Below are positions 9,612 through 18,759 of a stretch of DNA of 64,000 nucleotides, piece after piece (the stretch's first letter is position 1; each line of letters begins with the position of its first letter). The notes under the pieces are model-generated. The model did no database searches and was not told the DNA's origin. It saw nothing but the letters and a program-made list of their open reading frames with translations. The DNA lies in NCBI GenBank assembly GCA_035285865.1, contig JAYKHS010000026.1, forward strand, positions 77,766 to 141,765, written 5' to 3'. The stretch comes from Candidatus Sericytochromatia bacterium (GTDB lineage: Bacteria > Cyanobacteriota > Sericytochromatia > S15B-MN24 > VGJW01). Made by a program: the position numbers and the translations under genes.

Positions 9612-10165
9612 TCCGTGACGAGGGCCGGATCCGCCAGCCAGTACCGTTCCCACTCGGCGATCTGGGCGAGGCTGCTCATATCCTCCATGCGATCCAGGAA
9701 GACCTTGCCCACGAGGTGATCGGTCTCATGCTGGGCCACGACGGCCGGGAAGTCCTCGAGCTCCAGGTGTTGTTCCTCGCCGTGGCGATCGAGGAAGCGC
9801 AGCGCAATGCGCCGCACGCGCCTGACCTTGCCCCTCAGGCCGTCCACGGAAAGGCAGCCCTCCCAGACCTCGATGCGTTCGTCCGTGAGGAACGTGATTT
9901 CCGGGTTCACGAGCACGGTCAAGGGCCAGGTCGGAGCTGCAGGGTAGCGCGGATTCGCGGCCATCTCGATGATCTGGATCTGTTTGGAGACCGAGACCTG
10001 AGGGGCTGCGAGGCCGATGCCGGCGGCCGCCCGCATGGTCTCGATCATGTCGTCGATCAGGCGCTGGGTCTCTGGGGACGCCAGCTCTTCCGGCGTCACG
10101 GGTTCCGCCATGCGGCGAAGGACGGGATTGCCAAGCTTGGCGATCTCCAGCAAGGCCACGGGCAT
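9608..10165 (-). CDS. def: Peptide deformylase
   Basis: GIGLAAPQ, EGCLSV and QHETDHL motifs. Confidence 0.97.
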   Translation of the reverse strand: MPVALLEIAKLGNPVLRRMAEPVTPEELASPETQRLIDDMIETMRAAAGIGLAAPQVSVSKQIQIIEMAANPRYPAAPTWPLTVLVNPEITFLTDERIEVWEGCLSVDGLRGKVRRVRRIALRFLDRHGEEQHLELEDFPAVVAQHETDHLVGKVFLDRMEDMSSLAQIAEWERYWLADPALVTE

Positions 10166-10198
10166 TCCTCCTGTCGCGAATATTTTACCCCCAAAGCA

Positions 10199-10227
10199 GA
10201 AGCCCCCTGCCCTGGGGCGGGGGGCTT
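10199..10227 (-). terminator. Probable intrinsic terminator after the Flp/small-protein unit
   Basis: gaagcccc...ggggcttc inverted repeat followed by TGCTTT on the minus strand. Confidence 0.6.
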
Positions 10228-10238
10228 CCAAGTGCTGG

Positions 10239-10490
10239 CTACTTGCCGAAAAGGCCCATCAGGAAGGCGGCTGCCTTGTTCACGATAGGGCCGAGGAACT
10301 GGTCCCAGATGTTGGTGAAGAAGCTCATGATGCCGACCTTGGTCGGGGTCGATGCCGGTGTAGCCGATGGCACGAAGGCATCTCCGGCCATCGGACGCGG
10401 CTGGACGGGGGCTGCGGGCTGGGCCGAGGGAGCGCCCCAAGGCGAGACGCTCGGGATCATGGGGTTGGCGGCGACTGCGGGTGCTTGCAT
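10239..10490 (-). CDS. Small protein with Pro/Ala-rich N-terminus and amphipathic C-terminal helix
   Basis: AGGAG RBS just after the flp stop; MQAPAVAANP...GIMSFFTNIWDQFLGPIVNKAAAFLMGLFGK. Confidence 0.7.
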   Translation of the reverse strand: MQAPAVAANPMIPSVSPWGAPSAQPAAPVQPRPMAGDAFVPSATPASTPTKVGIMSFFTNIWDQFLGPIVNKAAAFLMGLFGK

Positions 10491-10501
10491 GGTCGTCTCT
10501 C

Positions 10502-10663
10502 CTACTTCATGTTCTTGAGCAAGGTATCGAGCGCCTTGTTGGACTGGTCGCCGATGGCACGGAAGCCACCCACGCACACCGCCGCGATGACGGCCACGAT
10601 GATGCCGTACTCGACCATGCTCTGGCCGGATTCGTCGTGCACGAGGGTCTTCAGAAAGGTCAT
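10502..10663 (-). CDS. flp: Flp/Fap family (Tad-type) pilin
   Basis: DESGQSMVEYGIIVAVIA Flp motif; 53 aa; GAGGAGG RBS. Confidence 0.93.
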   Translation of the reverse strand: MTFLKTLVHDESGQSMVEYGIIVAVIAAVCVGGFRAIGDQSNKALDTLLKNMK

Positions 10664-10763
10664 CGGCGCGCCTCCTCGATGGTGCCGGTGGGGTCCACGT
10701 TGTTGTCGGACCAACCGTTTCCTTATCGGTAAAGGCGCGGAAAAGCTGTGCTGAAGGTTCGGC

Positions 10764-10943
10764 TCAGGGAGCCTGGGACAGCGCTTTGTGGTGCTGGAGA
10801 AGCTGCCGGGAGAGTGCTGCCTGCACGAGTCGGGTGGCAAGGGCCACACCGATCGTGATGGCGGCGGCGATGAGGCCGTATTCCACCATGGCCTGGGCGT
10901 CCTCGCCGCGTACGAGACGCCCAAGGAAGGTCTCGTCGGCCAC
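10764..10943 (-). CDS. Second Flp-like pilin
   Basis: EDAQAMVEYGLIAAAITIGV; GTG start inferred. Confidence 0.8.
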   Translation of the reverse strand: MADETFLGRLVRGEDAQAMVEYGLIAAAITIGVALATRLVQAALSRQLLQHHKALSQAP

Positions 10944-10945
10944 GG

Positions 10946-11521
10946 TCAGTTGCCGCCCGCGAAAGCCACCGGAACGAGTACCTCCAGCGCCACCGGCCAC
11001 TGGGCGTCATCCGTCCCCTTGAGCACGGCGGCGATGGTTACGGGCGCGTTGGTGCGCGTCTTCCCGTACTCCAGGACGCCGTTGGAGACGATGGGCAACT
11101 CGGCTTTGCCCTGTCCCAGGACGAGCTTCTGCTGGTCCTGGCCGACCGGGCTGACGGTGCCGGCCCTCGGGTCTTCGCGCAGCGTGGAGGGGGCAACCCG
11201 CAGGCTGATGGGGAGCTGGGCACGCTGGCCACCGCCGAACAGGCCCAGCAGGTTGCCCGGGTTGGCCGGGTCAAGCGCCGTAACTTCCATAGCGTTGAAG
11301 GTGGCACCCGGACTGCCCGGAGCTCCCTCGATAGTAACGACCGGATTCTTGAAGGAGGCCGTCACCTCGTTGGTGGCTCCCTTGGCGTAGGTGACCGTGA
11401 CGCTGGCCGGTTCCACCGACCGGATGGCCAGTTTGGCCGAGAAGTTGACGAAAGGAAGCGGGACGCCGCAACCAACGAGGAGGATGCTTGCGAGACCCGG
11501 AACGAGCTGCGTCCGCATCAC
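10946..11521 (-). CDS. Hypothetical lipoprotein
   Basis: Lipobox LLVGC; overlaps the pilT stop. Confidence 0.75.
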   Translation of the reverse strand: MMRTQLVPGLASILLVGCGVPLPFVNFSAKLAIRSVEPASVTVTYAKGATNEVTASFKNPVVTIEGAPGSPGATFNAMEVTALDPANPGNLLGLFGGGQRAQLPISLRVAPSTLREDPRAGTVSPVGQDQQKLVLGQGKAELPIVSNGVLEYGKTRTNAPVTIAAVLKGTDDAQWPVALEVLVPVAFAGGN

Positions 11522-12618
11522 CCCGTGAGGCCCGCCTGGAAGGAGCTGCCGGAACCGTGGTAGGCGCCGCGCATCATGCGCTGGAGTTCGTTGGGCGACT
11601 CGGAATAGGAAAGCGCATCATCCAGCGAGATCAGGTCATCCTGATAGAGGTTGAAGAGCGCCTGGTTCATCGACTGCATGCCTTCCATGGAGCCTTGGTT
11701 CAGGACCGTGTAGAGTCCGTCGATCTCGTTCTTGGAGATCAGGTCCACGACCGTCGGTGTCGAGACCAGCACCTCGATGGCGGCCACGCGCCCCTGGCCG
11801 CTCGCCCGGGGAATCAGGCGCTGCGAGATGGAGCCCCGCAGGATCTGCGAGAGCTGCAGGCGGATGCCGTCCTGCTCGTGCGGGTCGAAGGTGCTGATGA
11901 CCCGGATGATGGTCTGGACGGCATCTGTCGTGTGGAGCGTCGAGAGCACGAGGTGGCCGGTTTCTGCGGCCTTGACGGCGGCCATGATGGTCTCCTGGTC
12001 GCGCATCTCACCGATCAGGATGACGTCCGGGTCCTGCCGCAGGGCGTACTTGATGGCATTGGGGAAGGACATGGTGTCCTGACCGACCTCACGCTGCGTG
12101 ACGACGGACTTCTTGCTCGTATAGACGAACTCGACGGGGTCTTCGACGGTGATGATGTGAACGTCCTTGGTCGTGTTCACGAACTCAAGCATGGCCGTCA
12201 GCGTCGTGGATTTTCCGGAGCCCGTGGGGCCGGTGCACAGGATCAGGCCCTGACGTTCGAGCGCCAATTTCTTGATGACGGGCGGCAGATCGAGCGCATC
12301 GACGGTCGGGGTCTTGATCGGGATGACCCGCATGGCGGCACCGATGTTTCCCTGTTCGAAGTAGACGTTCACCCGGAAGCGTGACAGGCCCTCGATGGTC
12401 AGCGAGATGTCCAGCTCGCGCGATTGTTCGAACTGCTGGCGCTGGTCTGCGCTCATCAGGGAGTAGAGGGCCTGCCGCGTGTCCGCGGGCGTCAGCGCCT
12501 TGTATTCCGTGGGGACGATGCGGCCGTCGATTCGCAGGATGGGCGGGCTGCCCACCTTGATGTGGATGTCCGAAGCCCGCTTCTGGACGGCGTTGCGCAA
12601 GAAGTCGAGAATATTCAT
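11518..12618 (-). CDS. pilT: Type IV pilus retraction ATPase PilT
   Basis: ASDIHIKVGSPP, GPTGSGKSTT, ITVEDPVEF, LRQDPDVILIGEMRD, AETGHLVLSTLHT and GMQSM. Confidence 0.95.
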   Translation of the reverse strand: MNILDFLRNAVQKRASDIHIKVGSPPILRIDGRIVPTEYKALTPADTRQALYSLMSADQRQQFEQSRELDISLTIEGLSRFRVNVYFEQGNIGAAMRVIPIKTPTVDALDLPPVIKKLALERQGLILCTGPTGSGKSTTLTAMLEFVNTTKDVHIITVEDPVEFVYTSKKSVVTQREVGQDTMSFPNAIKYALRQDPDVILIGEMRDQETIMAAVKAAETGHLVLSTLHTTDAVQTIIRVISTFDPHEQDGIRLQLSQILRGSISQRLIPRASGQGRVAAIEVLVSTPTVVDLISKNEIDGLYTVLNQGSMEGMQSMNQALFNLYQDDLISLDDALSYSESPNELQRMMRGAYHGSGSSFQAGLTG

Positions 12619-12631
12619 GCGTGGGCCCGCC

Positions 12632-13237
12632 TCAGACCGATCCGCCGCCCCGGGCCACGTTGGCCAAGGGGTAGCCGACGCACTTCTGGGCGAAGCGCGA
12701 AATGTCGAAGAGGTTCCGCACTTGGTCCGGTGCCGTCGATTCCATGGCCCATGTTTCCACTGTCTGGCCCCGTTCGTCCGCGAAGACAAGCAGGATGGAG
12801 ATGTTCGACGGGATGAACTTGCCGGGTTGGACTGTGCGCAGCTCGTCGGGAGCCGGGGGGTCATACTTCACCTGCACGTCGGTGATCGTGTGGATCTTGC
12901 GCTTGCGCAGGTGATGCGTCTTGGGGAACAGTGCGATGTTGATGAAGTAGGCGCTGGTCACCAGCACCACGTCGATCGAGTAGAAGTTGTTGGCGTCAGC
13001 CCCGGTTCCACCCGCACCCATGTCGAATGAGTAGTAGCACGCCACGATCATGTCCTGTGGGTGGATCAGGTCGTAAAGGCTCTGGACCAGCACCATGCCG
13101 GCCCCACCGGCCTGCTGTGCGCGTCGGAGCAGGTCGGCGAGCCGCGGATGCTGGAAGGCGTTGGGTGGCTGGGCCGGAGGTTGTTGGCCCGTGGCAGCGG
13201 GGGCCTGCGCGGTGATGGCCGTTGATTCGGCGGTCAT
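12632..13237 (-). CDS. Hypothetical protein
   Basis: ORF co-oriented between serS and pilT; low-complexity N-terminus and beta-rich core. Confidence 0.7.
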   Translation of the reverse strand: MTAESTAITAQAPAATGQQPPAQPPNAFQHPRLADLLRRAQQAGGAGMVLVQSLYDLIHPQDMIVACYYSFDMGAGGTGADANNFYSIDVVLVTSAYFINIALFPKTHHLRKRKIHTITDVQVKYDPPAPDELRTVQPGKFIPSNISILLVFADERGQTVETWAMESTAPDQVRNLFDISRFAQKCVGYPLANVARGGGSV

Positions 13238-13294
13238 GGCGGATCCTGGGCAAGTGAGGGCAATCGATCCGACCATGCCCCCCTTCGCACGGGG

Positions 13295-14593
13295 CTAAAC
13301 CGCGCGCGCTTGCCCCAGGACGGAGAGCCCGCCCATGTAGGGCACCAGGGCATCGGGCACGCGGACGGTGCCGTCCCCTTGCAGGCCGTTTTCGAGGATA
13401 GCGGCCAGGCATCGGCCGACGGCCACGCCGGATCCGTTCAGACTGTACGGGTGGCGAAGCGTCTCGCCGTCCCGGAAGCGGGTCTGGCCCCGACGGGTCT
13501 GGAAATCGGTACAGAGCGAGCAGGAGCTGATCTCGCGGTACCTGCCCTGGCTGGGGAACCAGACCTCGAGGTCGTACGTGATGGCGCTGTTGAAGCCCAG
13601 GTCGGCCGTGCACAGCCTGACCACGCGGTAGGGCAGGCCCAGGGTCTGCAGGACGCGTTCGGCGTCGGCCACCATGCCTTCCAGAGCCGTGATGCCTTCC
13701 TCGGGGGCCACGAGCTTGACGAGCTCCACCTTGCGGAACTCGTGGACCCGGATCATGCCCTTGGTATCCCGGCCAGCCGCCCCCGCCTCCGAGCGGAAAC
13801 ACGACGTGCCGGCCGTCAGGTGCATCGGGAGTTGGTCGGCATCCATGATCTGGCCCCGGGCCATGTTGGTCAGCGGCACCTCGGCCGTCGGGATCAGGTA
13901 CAGGGGCCAGCCCGTTACCTGGAAGAGCTGGTCATGGAACTTCGGCAGGTTGCCGTTGGCCGTGAGCGTGTCGGCATTGGCCAGGGTCGGCGGCAGGATC
14001 TCGGTGTAGCCGTGGGCCAGGTGCAGGTCCAGCATGAAGTTGAGCAGGGCGCGTTCGAGCCGGGCTCCTTGGCCCTTGAGCAGAACGAATCGCGAGCCCG
14101 CGAGCCGGGTTGCCTCTTCGGTGGCCAGCAGCCCGAGTCGTTCGCCGATTTCCTCGTGGGGTTCGGCTGCGTGGGTGAAGGTGGGTGGAGTGCCCCAGCG
14201 TCGCACTTCCACGTTGTCGTCTTCGGAGTTTCCGACGGGCACCGAGGCGTCCGGGATGTTCGGGATCTGGTACAGCAGGCCTTCTGCCGGATCGAGGCGG
14301 GCATGCTGGTTCTGCGCCAACTCGCCCTCGAGGCTCGTCAGGGTCTCGCCGAGCGTGCGGACCTCGGCCTGCAAGGCATCGGCATCGCCCGCGGCCTTGC
14401 CTGTGCGGATGGCCCCGATGGCCTTGCTTTTCGTATTGCGCTCCTGGCGCAGCGTGTCGATACGGGCCTGAAGATTCCGGAAGGCCGCGTCCATCTCGAG
14501 CAGGCGATCGACCTTGCCGGGGTCGTCGCCGCGATGGCGCAGGGCCGTGCGAACGGTCTCGGGTTCCTGGCGGATCAGCTTGATGTCGAGCAA
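13295..14593 (-). CDS. serS: Seryl-tRNA synthetase
   Basis: LDIKLIR, LIPTAEVPL, CFRSEAG, RVHEFRKVELV, YREISSCS and LNGSGVAVGR. Confidence 0.98.
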   Translation of the reverse strand: MLDIKLIRQEPETVRTALRHRGDDPGKVDRLLEMDAAFRNLQARIDTLRQERNTKSKAIGAIRTGKAAGDADALQAEVRTLGETLTSLEGELAQNQHARLDPAEGLLYQIPNIPDASVPVGNSEDDNVEVRRWGTPPTFTHAAEPHEEIGERLGLLATEEATRLAGSRFVLLKGQGARLERALLNFMLDLHLAHGYTEILPPTLANADTLTANGNLPKFHDQLFQVTGWPLYLIPTAEVPLTNMARGQIMDADQLPMHLTAGTSCFRSEAGAAGRDTKGMIRVHEFRKVELVKLVAPEEGITALEGMVADAERVLQTLGLPYRVVRLCTADLGFNSAITYDLEVWFPSQGRYREISSCSLCTDFQTRRGQTRFRDGETLRHPYSLNGSGVAVGRCLAAILENGLQGDGTVRVPDALVPYMGGLSVLGQARAV

Positions 14594-14612
14594 TTGCGGG
14601 GCCTCGGCTGGG

Positions 14613-15245
14613 TCACGACGTGAAGGGGTTCCATGGTGGCATGGACCGGGCCGGCCATGGGAGGGGGGGGGCCTCCGGACCCGGTAGCAGCAGCATGTCG
14701 AGGATGTGGGCCGTCAGGCCCCAGATGACGTGCGGACCGACCACATAGGCAGGCAGGCTGCGGTTGGCCATGCCACGGCTACGGGTCTCGGGCTTGAGAG
14801 CGTGCAGCGGGCGGAGTTGTCGCACGCCCGGAGCCGTCAGCACGGCCCACGACCACGTGAGGACCAGATCGACCTCGCGGCCGTCCGGCATCGGTGTCGT
14901 CTGCAGGTCCAGTTCGGCCACCACAGGCTGGACCCGAACGCCGTAGAGTGTCTCCACGGCCGGGAGCAGGCCAACGGGACGGACATGGCGGGCGGCAAGG
15001 CCGATTTCCTCTCCCAGCTCGCGGACCGCCGTGTCCACAAGGTCGCGATCGCCGGGAGCCCAGCCGCCACCGGGGAAGCAGTATTCCCCCTTGTGGGTCG
15101 GCACCTCCATCGTTCGGCGCAGCAGCAAGGTTCCGCTGCCTTCGGGGCCACGGGTGACCGGCACGCATACGGCGGCCTCCCGTTCCGCGCGCCCAACGGG
15201 GGCGTCGAGCGGCAGCAGGCGGTCCAGATCCGGTCCGTGGGCCAT
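14613..15245 (-). CDS. NUDIX hydrolase, CoA pyrophosphatase family
   Basis: EAAV, HKGEYCFPGG...TAVRELGEEIG and IWGLTAHIL. Confidence 0.9.
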   Translation of the reverse strand: MAHGPDLDRLLPLDAPVGRAEREAAVCVPVTRGPEGSGTLLLRRTMEVPTHKGEYCFPGGGWAPGDRDLVDTAVRELGEEIGLAARHVRPVGLLPAVETLYGVRVQPVVAELDLQTTPMPDGREVDLVLTWSWAVLTAPGVRQLRPLHALKPETRSRGMANRSLPAYVVGPHVIWGLTAHILDMLLLPGPEAPPLPWPARSMPPWNPFTS

Positions 15246-15310
15246 CGAGAGGATCATCATACCTGCGGGTGCTATCCTTGGACCGGATCCGGACCGGGAT
15301 GAGGTGTAGA

Positions 15311-15961
15311 TTGAAGCTCTTGAGGACCAGCGTGCGCCGGGGCATCCTTGCGGCTTTGGCGACTCTCCCGGTGATGGTTCATGCAGATGATGCGCAGGCG
15401 GCGCGCAAGCCTGCGCCCGCCAGGTCGGCGGCGGCAGCCATGGAGCCCCGCGTGCGTTTCGGGTTCGTCGATTCGGTTCGCCTGCAGGCGGAGTCGCCGG
15501 GTTTGATGGCTGCACGGCAGCGCATCGAAGCCGAGCAGTTCCGTTACGACCAGGAACTGCGCGAAGGACAGCGGCGGATTGCCGCCATCGATGCCGACAT
15601 CGCGTCTGTCGACGTGCGGGTGGCATCCTTGTCGGCGGAGGCCTCAGGGGATCCCGTCGTTCGCCAGAAGGCTTTCGAGGAGCGCGAGGCGCTGGACGAT
15701 CGCAGGTACGCGCTCGCCGACGAGGTGGGGGGACGCATGTCCGCTCGGCGCGAGGCGCTGGATGAAGCCCGGCGGGCCCTCGAGCAGGAGATTCTGAGGA
15801 TTCGCGGGGTGCTGGCCGATCTGGCGCGCCAGCGTCGTCTCGAGGGAGTCCTTGATGGACGCCACGCCTTCTTCGGTGCGGTCGATCTCACGGCCGACAT
15901 GTTGCGCTTGCTTGGGGCGACGGGCTCGACGGTGCCCGTGACGCCGCCTGCCACGCCCTGA
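15311..15961 (+). CDS. OmpH/Skp family periplasmic chaperone
   Basis: Signal peptide, RFGFVD, long coiled coil, C-terminal LADLARQRRLEGVLD...VDLTADML; GAGGTG RBS before TTG. Confidence 0.75.
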   Translation: MKLLRTSVRRGILAALATLPVMVHADDAQAARKPAPARSAAAAMEPRVRFGFVDSVRLQAESPGLMAARQRIEAEQFRYDQELREGQRRIAAIDADIASVDVRVASLSAEASGDPVVRQKAFEEREALDDRRYALADEVGGRMSARREALDEARRALEQEILRIRGVLADLARQRRLEGVLDGRHAFFGAVDLTADMLRLLGATGSTVPVTPPATP

Positions 15962-15969
15962 GATGGCGA

Positions 15970-15998
15970 GGTCGGCCCCGCAGCCTGCGGGGCCGACC
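15970..15998. terminator. Hairpin between convergent ompH-like and crp genes
   Basis: ggtcggccccgca-gcc-tgcggggccgacc, 13-bp stem. Confidence 0.6.
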
Positions 15999-16015
15999 AC
16001 ATGCCGGGTCGGGAT

Positions 16016-16738
16016 TCAGGCCCAGGCTGCCAATACCTCGGGCTTGTGGATCGTGATCTGCTGGTGGGCGATCGAGATGATGTCCTGATCCTGCAGACGG
16101 TTCAGGGCGCGCGTCACGGTCTCGCGGCTGGAGCCGACCATGTTCGCGAGGTCCTGATGCGTCATCTTGAGGTTGATCAGGATGCGGTTGCCACCCAGCA
16201 GGCGTCCCTCGACCCGCGACAGGCTGCAGAGCGTCGAGGCGACGCGCTCGTGGACGTCCTTGAATGCCAGATCCTCGACTTGCTGGTTCACCTGACGGAT
16301 GCGCCGCGTAAGATCACGCAACAGTTGCAGGGCGATGCGCGGAGTCTCGAGCACGACCCGCTCGAAGTCGCGCTTGCTGATTGTCAGGGCGACGACGGGC
16401 TCGTCGAGAACTTCGGCCGTGGCGGATCGGGGCATTTCGTCGAAGATGGCCATCTCGCCGAAGAACGCGCCGGGCTGCATGATGGCGAGGGTCTTCTCGC
16501 GTCCGTCCTCGGTGATCTTGGAGATTTTCACGCGTCCGCTGCGAATGATGTAGAGCGTGTCGCCCTCGTCTCCCTCGTGGAAGATGATGCTCCGCTTGGG
16601 GTGGACCCGCTCGGAGACGATGGATGCGATGCGCTCGAGCGCGTCAGGAGCCACGTGGGAGAAGATGCTGACTTTCTGCAGGAAAGCGAGGCTCTGGGCG
16701 GGGGTCGAGGGGATGAACCGGGGCTCCTTGGGCGGCAC
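16016..16738 (-). CDS. Crp/Fnr family transcriptional regulator
   Basis: cNMP domain (FFGEMA...PRSATA) and HTH (THQDLANMVGSSRETVTRAL). Confidence 0.95.
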   Translation of the reverse strand: MPPKEPRFIPSTPAQSLAFLQKVSIFSHVAPDALERIASIVSERVHPKRSIIFHEGDEGDTLYIIRSGRVKISKITEDGREKTLAIMQPGAFFGEMAIFDEMPRSATAEVLDEPVVALTISKRDFERVVLETPRIALQLLRDLTRRIRQVNQQVEDLAFKDVHERVASTLCSLSRVEGRLLGGNRILINLKMTHQDLANMVGSSRETVTRALNRLQDQDIISIAHQQITIHKPEVLAAWA

Positions 16739-17080
16739 GGCGAGCTTCCTTTGGTGGGGAGGGGTGGGACAGAAACTTTGCTGGAATGTCAACAAGTCGT
16801 CTATGTGAGCGAGTGTAGCAAACGACAATGTTGCGCTGTCAAGGATGGATATTGGCAGCAGAATCAGCGTGATGCTTCCGTGTGTCGTTGCGAAGGTTGC
16901 CGCGTGAACGGTTTGTTGCCGCGGAGGGCGTGCCCTCGCCCTCCGCGGTGAGACTTGATGACGCCAATTGCCGCTTCAGGTCATATATGAAGTTTTATGA
17001 ACAACCGAAAATGCGCGCGGGGCGCGCCTCTTGGCCTTGCGGTCGTCGATATTATGTTCGAATGAATCGCGGGGAAGGCG

Positions 17081-17824
17081 TCAGTCGACGAGGCGCAGGT
17101 CGCGGGTTGCTTCGGCGGCCCTGAGGGCGCGCGCCGTGGCCAGGGGTTCCCCATGGGCGGGGGCGAGGGCCGTCAGGCTCCACGTCAACGGGGTGCCGGA
17201 AGGCAGGGTGCCGCGTTCCCCCCGAGGCCTGAAGACAGGCCAGTGGTCCGGCGGTTGCACCGAACTGCTGGCTGGCCAGTTGGTCTCGGATACCAGATCC
17301 TCGAGGAGCACGCTGCCCGTGGTGTCGCGCACGGCGATCCGGTAGGCGACGGCCTCGGGGACGGCCTGCCACGAGATGATTCCCATCCGCTCAAGGATCA
17401 GGCTGTCCGTTGCGAGCCCGGCGACATTGATGCCGACGGGCGTTGCCAAGGACTCGGTGGCTGGCCGGATGCCCGGCGAGGTGCTGCGCCAGCGTTCCGC
17501 GTTGGCGCCATCGAGTGCGCGCACGACATAGATGAATGTGGTCCCCGGGGTGAGGCCGTCCCGGTCGACCCACGTGCGGGCCGGACTCGCGCCCAGCACC
17601 CGAATCCTGCTGCCTTCGACGCGTACGACCTCGTAGCGCGGGATGGCAGGCACCTCTCCCCAAGCCAGTTCGACCCGAGATCCCGTCCCGTCGGTGACGG
17701 CCAGCGCAGCAAGGGGCATCAGGCCTTGGCCTGTGCCGGGGACCTGCGGGCAACCTGCGAGCGTGGCGACTGCCGAGGCCGCGAGGGTGCCGGCCCGGAC
17801 GGACCGCCTAGACCACCAGTGCAC
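17081..17824 (-). CDS. Lipoprotein with fibronectin type III-like domains
   Basis: Lipobox LAGC; VELAW...YEV...D.GLTPGTTFIYVVRA; ISWQAVPEAVAYRIAV. Confidence 0.7.
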   Translation of the reverse strand: MHWWSRRSVRAGTLAASAVATLAGCPQVPGTGQGLMPLAALAVTDGTGSRVELAWGEVPAIPRYEVVRVEGSRIRVLGASPARTWVDRDGLTPGTTFIYVVRALDGANAERWRSTSPGIRPATESLATPVGINVAGLATDSLILERMGIISWQAVPEAVAYRIAVRDTTGSVLLEDLVSETNWPASSSVQPPDHWPVFRPRGERGTLPSGTPLTWSLTALAPAHGEPLATARALRAAEATRDLRLVD

Positions 17825-18506
17825 GAAGCCGTTCCTCGTCGCGGACGACGAACCGCTGCCGGTCGATTCGGATCAGGCCCCGATCCTGATAGTCCATCAG
17901 GACGCGTGTCAGGGTCTCGCGCGACGTGCCGGTACGGTTGGCCATCTCCTGACGCGTCATGCGCGTCTCGAATCCGCCGTCTTCATCGCGGCTGAGGACG
18001 GACTCCCGGGCCATTTCGAGCAGCAACCGCGCGACCCGGCCCGGAGCCGACAGGAAGGCCAGGCTTTCGACGTGGCGATCCGTCTGGCGCAGCCGGCGGC
18101 AGAGGACGAGCAGCAGCTTCGGAGCGATGCCGGGCTGGCGGTTCAGCAGCGAAAGGAACTCCTCGCGCGGCAGGATCAGGATTTCCGAGGCCTCGACGGC
18201 GACGGCGGTCGCACTGCGTGGCTCGCCGTCGATCAGGGACATCTCACCGAAAACGTCCCTGGGTCCCAGGAAGCCGAGGATGTGCTCCCGGCCGTCGTGC
18301 GTCGAGTTCACGACGATCTTGACCTTGCCCGACAACAGCACGCTGCAACTGGTGCCCGGATCGGATTCGTAGAAAACGATGGCATTCTTGGCCAGTTCGC
18401 GCTTGCGGGCGATGCCGACGATGGCCTGCAGCTCCTCGGCGTCCAGATCGGTGAAGAGGGGACTTTCCTTGAGAAAGCCCGCGAGGTCGCGCACCCGATC
18501 CGGCAT
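17808..18506 (-). CDS. Crp/Fnr family transcriptional regulator
   Basis: FGEMSLIDGEPRSATA and TRQEMANRTGTSRETLTRVL. Confidence 0.95.
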   Translation of the reverse strand: MPDRVRDLAGFLKESPLFTDLDAEELQAIVGIARKRELAKNAIVFYESDPGTSCSVLLSGKVKIVVNSTHDGREHILGFLGPRDVFGEMSLIDGEPRSATAVAVEASEILILPREEFLSLLNRQPGIAPKLLLVLCRRLRQTDRHVESLAFLSAPGRVARLLLEMARESVLSRDEDGGFETRMTRQEMANRTGTSRETLTRVLMDYQDRGLIRIDRQRFVVRDEERLRALVV

Positions 18507-18759
18507 CGGCTTGATTCTAACATCCCGTCTTGTGGCTCATACGGTCATGCCTTACGATGGTGGTCCTCGTGGTCCGGGGCCGGACGGCCCCGCGCGGCGT
18601 TCCGCCGCCAACCCCGCCAGGCCCGGAAGGGAGCAACGGTACGCGGATGCGAGCGGGTGCCGCGGGTTTCCCGTCCGGCCTCCGGGTCCCGGGGGTGACC
18701 GATGTTCTTCGGTCCCCCTGGGCAAGCCCTTTGCTATGCCGGCGGATCAACATGGGTCC

